The translations under genes and the position numbers were made by a program. From Oligoflexus sp. (lineage in GTDB: Bacteria; Bdellovibrionota_B; Oligoflexia; Oligoflexales; Oligoflexaceae): DNA of 14,065 nucleotides. The stretch covers positions 1-14,065 of the forward strand of contig JBGSTX010000347.1 of assembly GCA_041736305.1 (NCBI GenBank), written 5' to 3'. Below the pieces are notes generated by a model, which was not told where the DNA came from, searched no databases, and saw only the letters and a list, made by a program, of their open reading frames with translations. Positions 8,333-14,065 of the stretch are shown one piece after another; the first letter of the stretch is position 1; every line of letters begins with the position of its first letter.

Positions 8333-8524
8333 CGCGCAGTGCTGCCATTCCCTAAGATACCTGCTGTGAACTACAACTATTCTGATTCCTGAACGATTAG
8401 TCTCTCCTTGGAAGTTTCCGGGGTTACATGTGCTGCACAATTATTCGGGATGACTCCTAGTCATTGTGCGGGACGACCTTGGCTCAAGCCAAAGACAGCT
8501 CCGAAATGTGTCTTTAAAATATCT

Positions 8525-8551
8525 CTACTTGCTGCTAATTTTTGCCGATCA
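8525..8551 (+). promoter_or_regulatory. Weak candidate sigma-28 promoter for the hybrid kinase
   Basis: Good -10 box GCCGATCA (8544-8551), but a poor -35 box (CTACT) at 14-nt spacing. Confidence 0.35.
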
Positions 8552-8628
8552 CCCCCTCAGGGCTTGTGGCTCCTGTGAGCCGTCTATTGTTGCCCTAAGC
8601 TCGGTCTTTTAATCCTGTTGAGAGTTTT

Positions 8629-11600
8629 ATGGCAAACGAGAATAAAGTGCCTAGAGTTAAATTTCTCTTAGGCCTTTTCCTATGGACCGTAGTTTATGCT
8701 TTAGCTGGAATGATTGGACTTTCGACGGCAATTCCCCCCGGATACTCTTCGCCAGTGTTCCCCTCAGCTGGTCTTGCCCTAGCCCTACTCCTTGCGAAAG
8801 GATATCGTTTTTGGCCAGCAATTTTCTTTGGATCTTTTGCTCTGAATCTTTCGACCATGGGCTTGGAGGCTATCAGTGAGTCCTTGGCTCGCCTCCTTCT
8901 TCCTCTATGCATCGCCACGGGTGCCACTCTTCAGGCCGCAGCTGGGAAATACCTTGTAGAAAGATTTGTAAAAGCTCCCGATGTGCTCGAATCTTCCCGC
9001 GATGTGGGGCTATTCATGCTTCTGGCGGGACCGCTGGCCTGTCTTGTCAATGGTCTGATCGGCCCGCTGGGTCTCTGGGCGAATGGCCTGATCGAAGCGC
9101 AGCACTTCGCGAGTAACAGCTTGACATGGTGGGTGGGTGATACCCTAGGCGTGGTCGTCTTCGCCCCCTGCGCTCTGATCTGGTTTTACCGAAAACAAGC
9201 CCTCTGGCAGCGTCGACGCATGAGCGTTGGTGTTCCCCTGCTCGTGTCTTTTGCTGTAAGCTCTGCCTACTACTTTTACGCCAGCGATATGGAGCAAAAA
9301 GCTATTCAAAGTCAGTTCGAAGCCCGGAGCCGCGATTTGCAGCTTAGCATTTTGCAGCGAATTAACATGCAAACCGACTTCATGCTCGTCATCAGTCGCT
9401 TTGCATCCTTGGGCCAACCCGAGAATGCTGCGAGTTTTGGGGACTTTGTCCAACCCCTTTTGCAGAACCATCCGGCGGTAGAGCTGGTTGTCTGGGCTCC
9501 TTACGTTCCCAAGAGCCAGGTGAGCGACTTTCTCAAGCAGCATCCTATGCAGCTAAAAGGGTTTTCTAGCCAGGAATACCACGCTGGTGAGAGTGAGTTT
9601 ATCGTTCCTGCTCTCACTGTGGTTCCAATTGACAAACTCCAACCCATTTACGGCATCGATATAGCCTCCGAACCTGACCGCCGTGCCACGCTTGAAAAGT
9701 CGATCGATTCCTCAACTGTCCAAAGTTTGCCTCTGCCAAAGATACTACTGGATACCGGGAAATATCCTTCTTTTGTGGCCTATTCCCCGGTCTATCGAGT
9801 GATAAGTCCATCTTCTGGGCTCGATAGAAGCGGCCTCAAAGGCTTTATTGCCGTCGGATTTCGCGTTGAGAAGCTCTTAGAACCGATTATCGAAAACGGC
9901 ATGAAAGAAAAATTTATTTTTACTCTTTATGATAAAGACCGTGACAAAGAACCGGTTTTCCGCAGCAATTTGAATCGATCGATCTCTTCCGCGGGAGATA
10001 TCCGTAAAGATCTTCTCACGGTGAGTGAACTTGAGTTCATGGGGCGGAAGTACGTCCTACATCTGCAAGCTTCGAAATTCTATCAAACGAGCGCGAATGG
10101 CATGAGCGCCTGGACTTACATGGTCCTCGGCCTCTTGCTTTCGACGGGTCTTGGTTCGTTTCTACTTATTCTCACCGGCACGACGATGGCCGCGCAGAGT
10201 CATCGCAATTACCTGCTCTCTATCCTCACCAAGTTCCCGGCTAACGTCGCCGTCATATCCGGCAAGGATCAAAAGTATACCTTCGTCAATGACCTTTACG
10301 TGGCACTGCAGGGTAATCGACCCTTGCTCGGGCGTTCGATCAGGGAAGCTCACCCCGAACTAGTAGGACAAGGTTTCTTCGATATGATTGATCATGCCTT
10401 CAAAACCGGCGAGCCTTTTGTTATCAAGGAGGCTCTAGCCATCTGGAAGAGGCTGCCAGGAAACGGCCCGGAGCAGGGATACTTCAACATCGTTTATCAG
10501 CCGCTCTTAGATGGTAGCGGGCGTGTGAGCGAACTGATTATCTTCAGCGTTGAAGTTACAGAGCAGGTTCTAGCCCGTAGTAAGGTTGAGGCCAGTCGTA
10601 AACACCTGCAGGCTGTCATCACCAATACGCCTGTGATCCTTTGGTCAATTGATAGCGAGGGCCTGATAGCTTTGGCCGAGGGCAAGGGAATTGACCAGCT
10701 GGGGTTAGTCGATGGCAGCAAAGTCGGCAAAGCAGCTCGCGAGATCTTCAAAGATCATGCTGAAGTCATGACCGCAATCTCTCGGGCACTTTCAGGGCAA
10801 AATATTGAGTCAGAACTTGAGATCAACGGTCGAATTTTTGACTGTCACTTTATCCCGATCATCGGTGACGCAGGACAACGCTCTGGAATTTATAGCCTGT
10901 TTGGCGATGTGACAGCTCGCAAAGTAGCCGAGCGGGAAAACGCCGAGGCTTTGCTGCGGGAAAAATCTGCAGTGGAGGCCTCACGTTTAAAATCAGAATT
11001 CTTGGCCAACATGAGTCATGAAATCAGAACCCCCATGAATGGAATCATGGGTATGACGGCCCTCTTGCTTGAAACGTCTCTCGACCCTGTGCAAAAGGAC
11101 TTTGTCGAATGCGTCCAGAGCTCGTCCGATGGCCTAATCACGATTATCAATGACATCCTCGATTTTTCGAAAATCGAAGCAGGAAAGTTGGCAATTGAGC
11201 AAGTCGAGTTTAATTTACTCTCTCTAATTACCGAATTGCAAAAAACCTTCGCATTCGCGGCAGCAAAAAAGGGTATAGGATTTGGGGTTAACGGTTTGGA
11301 GGGACTGCCGGCTCGAGTCAAAGGAGACCCGGTCCGTGTAAGGCAAGTGCTCAACAATCTTATTGGCAATGCCTTGAAGTTCACCGAAAAGGGTGGAGTT
11401 GAATTGTTTGTCTCCTTGACCGATGAAATGCTGTGGAAATTTGAAGTCCGCGATACAGGGATAGGCCTCAGTCCCAAAAGCATCGAAAAGCTCTTTTCTC
11501 CCTTCGCTCAGGCCGATTCTTCGACAACGCGACGCTTCGGAGGAACAGGGCTCGGTCTGTCCATCTCTAAGCACCTCGTAACGGCTATGAAGGGGCAGAT

Positions 11601-12111
11601 GGGAGTCCAAAGCATTGAACATCGGGGCTCCACTTTTTGGTTTACACTCCCCCTGGACTCAGATCGAGAAGCTGGGTACGAGCCCGCAATTGATCGCGAG
11701 CTCACTGTTTATCAATTCCCCCCCGGTATGCGGATTCTGGTAGTCGATGACCATCCCATCAATCAAAAGATTGTTCAGGCCATGCTCTTAAAAGTCGGTA
11801 TTCATGGCGACTCTGCTAAGGACGGGCTCGAAGCCGTTCGAGCTGTTGAAAGCAACGACTATGACCTTGTTCTCATGGATTGCCACATGCCGCACATGGA
11901 TGGATATGAGGCCACCCGAACTATTCGTAAGCTCGCTTCGCAGCAGAAGGCGAATATTCCTATCATAGCCCTGACAGCCAATGCGTTTAAGGAAGAGCGT
12001 GACAAGTGCTTGGCTGTGGGGATGAACGATTATCTTTCCAAGCCTTTGAAGAATTCCGATCTTTATGCGATGCTTTTAAAGCTCACGACCCGCGAAGTAA
12101 AGGTGGGATAA
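8629..12111 (+). CDS. Membrane hybrid sensor histidine kinase (MASE1-CHASE-PAS-PAS-HisKA-HATPase-REC)
   Basis: MASE1 ([30 protein letters not shown]), CHASE ([17 protein letters not shown]), two PAS domains, H-box [16 protein letters not shown]-box [11 protein letters not shown]1 DTGIG, F-box LFSPF, G2 GGTGLGL, and C-terminal REC (VVDDH, LMDCHMP, ALTA, SKP). No HPt domain. Confidence 0.96.
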   Translation: MANENKVPRVKFLLGLFLWTVVYALAGMIGLSTAIPPGYSSPVFPSAGLALALLLAKGYRFWPAIFFGSFALNLSTMGLEAISESLARLLLPLCIATGATLQAAAGKYLVERFVKAPDVLESSRDVGLFMLLAGPLACLVNGLIGPLGLWANGLIEAQHFASNSLTWWVGDTLGVVVFAPCALIWFYRKQALWQRRRMSVGVPLLVSFAVSSAYYFYASDMEQKAIQSQFEARSRDLQLSILQRINMQTDFMLVISRFASLGQPENAASFGDFVQPLLQNHPAVELVVWAPYVPKSQVSDFLKQHPMQLKGFSSQEYHAGESEFIVPALTVVPIDKLQPIYGIDIASEPDRRATLEKSIDSSTVQSLPLPKILLDTGKYPSFVAYSPVYRVISPSSGLDRSGLKGFIAVGFRVEKLLEPIIENGMKEKFIFTLYDKDRDKEPVFRSNLNRSISSAGDIRKDLLTVSELEFMGRKYVLHLQASKFYQTSANGMSAWTYMVLGLLLSTGLGSFLLILTGTTMAAQSHRNYLLSILTKFPANVAVISGKDQKYTFVNDLYVALQGNRPLLGRSIREAHPELVGQGFFDMIDHAFKTGEPFVIKEALAIWKRLPGNGPEQGYFNIVYQPLLDGSGRVSELIIFSVEVTEQVLARSKVEASRKHLQAVITNTPVILWSIDSEGLIALAEGKGIDQLGLVDGSKVGKAAREIFKDHAEVMTAISRALSGQNIESELEINGRIFDCHFIPIIGDAGQRSGIYSLFGDVTARKVAERENAEALLREKSAVEASRLKSEFLANMSHEIRTPMNGIMGMTALLLETSLDPVQKDFVECVQSSSDGLITIINDILDFSKIEAGKLAIEQVEFNLLSLITELQKTFAFAAAKKGIGFGVNGLEGLPARVKGDPVRVRQVLNNLIGNALKFTEKGGVELFVSLTDEMLWKFEVRDTGIGLSPKSIEKLFSPFAQADSSTTRRFGGTGLGLSISKHLVTAMKGQMGVQSIEHRGSTFWFTLPLDSDREAGYEPAIDRELTVYQFPPGMRILVVDDHPINQKIVQAMLLKVGIHGDSAKDGLEAVRAVESNDYDLVLMDCHMPHMDGYEATRTIRKLASQQKANIPIIALTANAFKEERDKCLAVGMNDYLSKPLKNSDLYAMLLKLTTREVKVG

Positions 12112-12504
12112 CTGCAGCTTACCGAGGATGGCCTAGGAGATTCTCTATCAGTCGAAGATATTTCTGTGGCACATCCTACTCGCCATTAAAGCAGATACCC
12201 GAACAATTGAGACGCTGATATTACTCCGGCCGTTCGCATGAACCGATTCATCCCGCTATATTTTCAAAGCCAAATCCCACATCTAAATCTCGACGGAACA
12301 GTCAGCACTAAAGCTCGATTTGGCAACGCTACCAACGTCTGCTGCGCCGTTGATTTGATCATCGCAGGCAGATGGTGAAAAGAATCTGGCCGACGGTCGG
12401 CTCGTAAGTCACCAAAAAAAGACAACTTTTACGCGGCGTAAGACTTGCAATGCATTTATCTGGCGCCCACTTGTACGAAGTGTTCTCAAAACTGAAGGTG
12501 AATT

Positions 12505-13095
12505 ATGAAAAATCTGATTTTGGTGGCTAGTTCAGTGCTCCTACTGGCTTCCGGGCTTGTCGCATGTGCTGGTAATGATAACGATAGCGACACTCTTTCT
12601 GAAGTTTATAGCTGTGATTACAATGTTAATGGGAAGTCGTTTAAGGGTAATACCCGTGCAGAATGTGAAGCAGGAGCGGGTGGTATAGGGCAAGAAAGTG
12701 GATCCAATAATTCAAACACAAGTTCTAAAGTTAGCTCTAAAGTTGGCTCTAACGCCGGCTCTAGCGCCGGCTCTAGAGCCGGCTCTAGCGCCGGCTCTAG
12801 CGTAAGCGGTAATGCCATCTGTTCTTTTGATATCTCCGGCACGATCATTAATGGCTACAGCCAGGATGAGTGTAATGCGCTGGCTTCTTCACTCAGTAGT
12901 TCTGGTGGAGGCGCACAAGCTGGAGCATCTACTGGGCCCATTAATTTTCCCAGTACTCCTATGGGAGGCAACTCTAGCGCTGGCGGCGTTTACGACTGTT
13001 CATACAACGTCAACGGCGTCGAGGAACGAGGCTCCACCAAAGCCGAGTGCGATGCACTTGCTAAGAAATACGGAAATCCCTTCGGCGGATTCTAA
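12505..13095 (+). CDS. Ser/Gly-rich lipoprotein with three Cys-x16-Cys repeats
   Basis: GAAGGTG RBS, signal peptide MKNLILV..., lipobox LVAC (Cys21 at 12565). Three C-x5-G-x4-G-x4-E-C modules are separated by low-complexity linkers. Confidence 0.88.
   Translation: MKNLILVASSVLLLASGLVACAGNDNDSDTLSEVYSCDYNVNGKSFKGNTRAECEAGAGGIGQESGSNNSNTSSKVSSKVGSNAGSSAGSRAGSSAGSSVSGNAICSFDISGTIINGYSQDECNALASSLSSSGGGAQAGASTGPINFPSTPMGGNSSAGGVYDCSYNVNGVEERGSTKAECDALAKKYGNPFGGF
12721..12804 (+). repeat. In-frame 12-bp tandem repeat, 7 copies
   Basis: agttctaaagtt agctctaaagtt ggctctaacgcc ggctctagcgcc ggctctagagcc ggctctagcgcc ggctctagcgta, encoding SSKV SSKV GSNA GSSA GSRA GSSA GSSV. Confidence 0.95.
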
Positions 13096-13104
13096 TATAC
13101 TGAT

Positions 13105-13142
13105 GTCGCCGCCTCTCTCCCGGGCGGCGACCCTTTCCCTTT
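13105..13142 (+). terminator. Probable intrinsic terminator after the lipoprotein gene
   Basis: Perfect 9-bp stem GTCGCCGCC (13105-13113) / GGCGGCGAC (13123-13131) followed by a pyrimidine tract CCTTTCCCTTT. The U-tract is imperfect. Confidence 0.6.
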
Positions 13143-13264
13143 CCCCGTTCCCTTTCTAAGGTGCCTGACAGATCAGCTCATTGACTGGATTGCGCAAAGT
13201 CAATACCATCCCCACCTGAAAAAGCTACGATCGAACTCATGCGAATCAGGAGTTTTCGAAATAC

Positions 13265-13486
13265 ATGTATCCGATGGAATATCCTTTTGGCCCCGAAAAA
13301 GTAGTCGACTTTTTCATCGATTACTATGGTCCGATCAACCGGGCCCATGCGGCCTTAGGCGAGGCTGCTAGGCAGCTACGGGACGATCTCGTAGCGCTCT
13401 GGGAGCGGCACTCAATGGCGAGTGACGGAACGACCAAGGTGCAGGCTGAATACATGGTGCTCGTAGGCACACGGCTAGACGATTGA
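13265..13486 (+). pseudogene. C-terminal fragment of a class I SAM-dependent methyltransferase
   Basis: YPFGPEKVVDFFIDYYGP..RAHAAL..LRDDLVALW..DGTTKVQAEY resembles, by my recall, the conserved C-terminus of a UbiE-like methyltransferase family. An in-frame TGA at 13217-13219 precedes it and no SAM-binding motif is present upstream. Confidence 0.65.
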
Positions 13487-13555
13487 TACTTGGGAGATCT
13501 GGAGCGAGACCGCTTACCTGTGACAAGGTGCATCCGTCGCTGCTTCACCTAGCTT

Positions 13556-14065
13556 TCAGGGCCCAGCAGGCGATTCTCGTCCGACGGCCAGCTCGATTTG
13601 GCTCGAACTGAGCTCAAGATTTTTAGCTGATTTCAGCTGATAAAGAAGCTTAATTCTCAAGCTTAGAATTTCACCTGGGGGCGCAAAGGGGGCCGCACCC
13701 CGCACGGCTCGTTCAGCTGCTTCCTTAAGAAGTTCAGGAGCATCAGAGTCTTCGGGGCGAAGCTCGCTGAGTCGACCCAGGTGATCTATCTTAAAGCTTA
13801 GGCTTACGACCCCTTCGAGGCCAAGCCGCCTTGCGGCGTAGGGATAGTGCTGCTGAGCCCGAATTTGCTCGCGCAGGTTTTGCAGGTAGGTCTCGGAAGG
13901 GGAGGTGGTAGGAGCTGCGAAGCTAGCTGGAGCTGCATCGCTTTCCGCTGGATGTACCGACTCTCCTTCGAGCTCGCTCTGAGCTATAGAGGGAAGACTG
14001 GGAAGAACGGGTACTGCTTGCAGCTCAGGCTTTACCCTTGAACGGAGCCCCGCTATTCTGTCTAC
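13556..14065 (-). CDS. tonB: Energy transducer TonB (TonB_C domain), 5'-partial
   Basis: Manual translation of the minus strand from 14065 is open for 169 codons to TGA at 13558-13556. A Pro/Ser/Ala-rich linker is followed by YLQNLREQIRAQQHYPYAARRLGLEGVVSLSFKIDHLGRL..LLKEAAERAVRGAAPFAPP, the TonB YP-x-A..G-x-EG-x-V signature. It is absent from the ORF track because its start is outside the window. Confidence 0.88.
   Translation of the reverse strand, partial: VDRIAGLRSRVKPELQAVPVLPSLPSIAQSELEGESVHPAESDAAPASFAAPTTSPSETYLQNLREQIRAQQHYPYAARRLGLEGVVSLSFKIDHLGRLSELRPEDSDAPELLKEAAERAVRGAAPFAPPGEILSLRIKLLYQLKSAKNLELSSSQIELAVGRESPAGP

Noticed and set aside
8331..8428. GACGC..CCTAA..GGGGTTAC fragments reminiscent of a c-di-GMP-I riboswitch
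   Set aside because: The spacing is wrong, there is no GGCAAA/GNRA P2 stem, and the required pairing is absent.
7634..8440. 268-aa minus-strand ORF
   Set aside because: Antisense shadow of the Sel1-REC gene, TTG start, implausible protein.
8484..8507. TCAAG..TCCGAAAT as a sigma-28 promoter
   Set aside because: The spacer is 11 nt rather than 14 and the -10 box is poor.
12238..12378. 46-aa small ORF (MNRFIPLY...) in the kinase-lipoprotein gap
   Set aside because: No RBS and no recognisable similarity.
12461..12475. TGGCGC..TTGT as a sigma-54 promoter
   Set aside because: Does not satisfy GG-N10-GC.
12721..12804. Tandem repeat as a CRISPR array
   Set aside because: Contiguous 12-bp units with no spacers, inside a CDS, and no cas genes.
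13324..14041. ORFs 13324-13548 (minus) and 13847-14041 (plus)
   Set aside because: Shadows of the methyltransferase fragment and of tonB respectively.

Overview
Bacterial chromosomal window with no RNA genes, CRISPR array or mobile element visible. Left to right: (1) a 5'-truncated single-chain multidomain acyl/acetyl-CoA carboxylase (BC-BCCP-central domain-CT); (2) a signalling cluster made of a convergent HD-GYP phosphodiesterase, a stand-alone receiver, a hypothetical protein, a Sel1-repeat/CheY-like receiver fusion and a MASE1-CHASE-PAS-PAS hybrid histidine kinase; (3) a Ser/Gly-rich lipoprotein with three Cys-bracketed mini-repeats and a 12-bp tandem repeat; (4) an orphan C-terminal fragment of a SAM-methyltransferase; (5) the 3' part of a TonB gene on the minus strand that the ORF track misses. 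Two well-spaced sigma-28 (FliA)-type promoters precede the HD-GYP and Sel1-REC genes, and the 9-mer TCTCAAAAC recurs just upstream of three other start codons. The gene content suggests a motile diderm bacterium, possibly Bdellovibrionota/Oligoflexia or a delta-proteobacterium, but this taxonomy is inference only.
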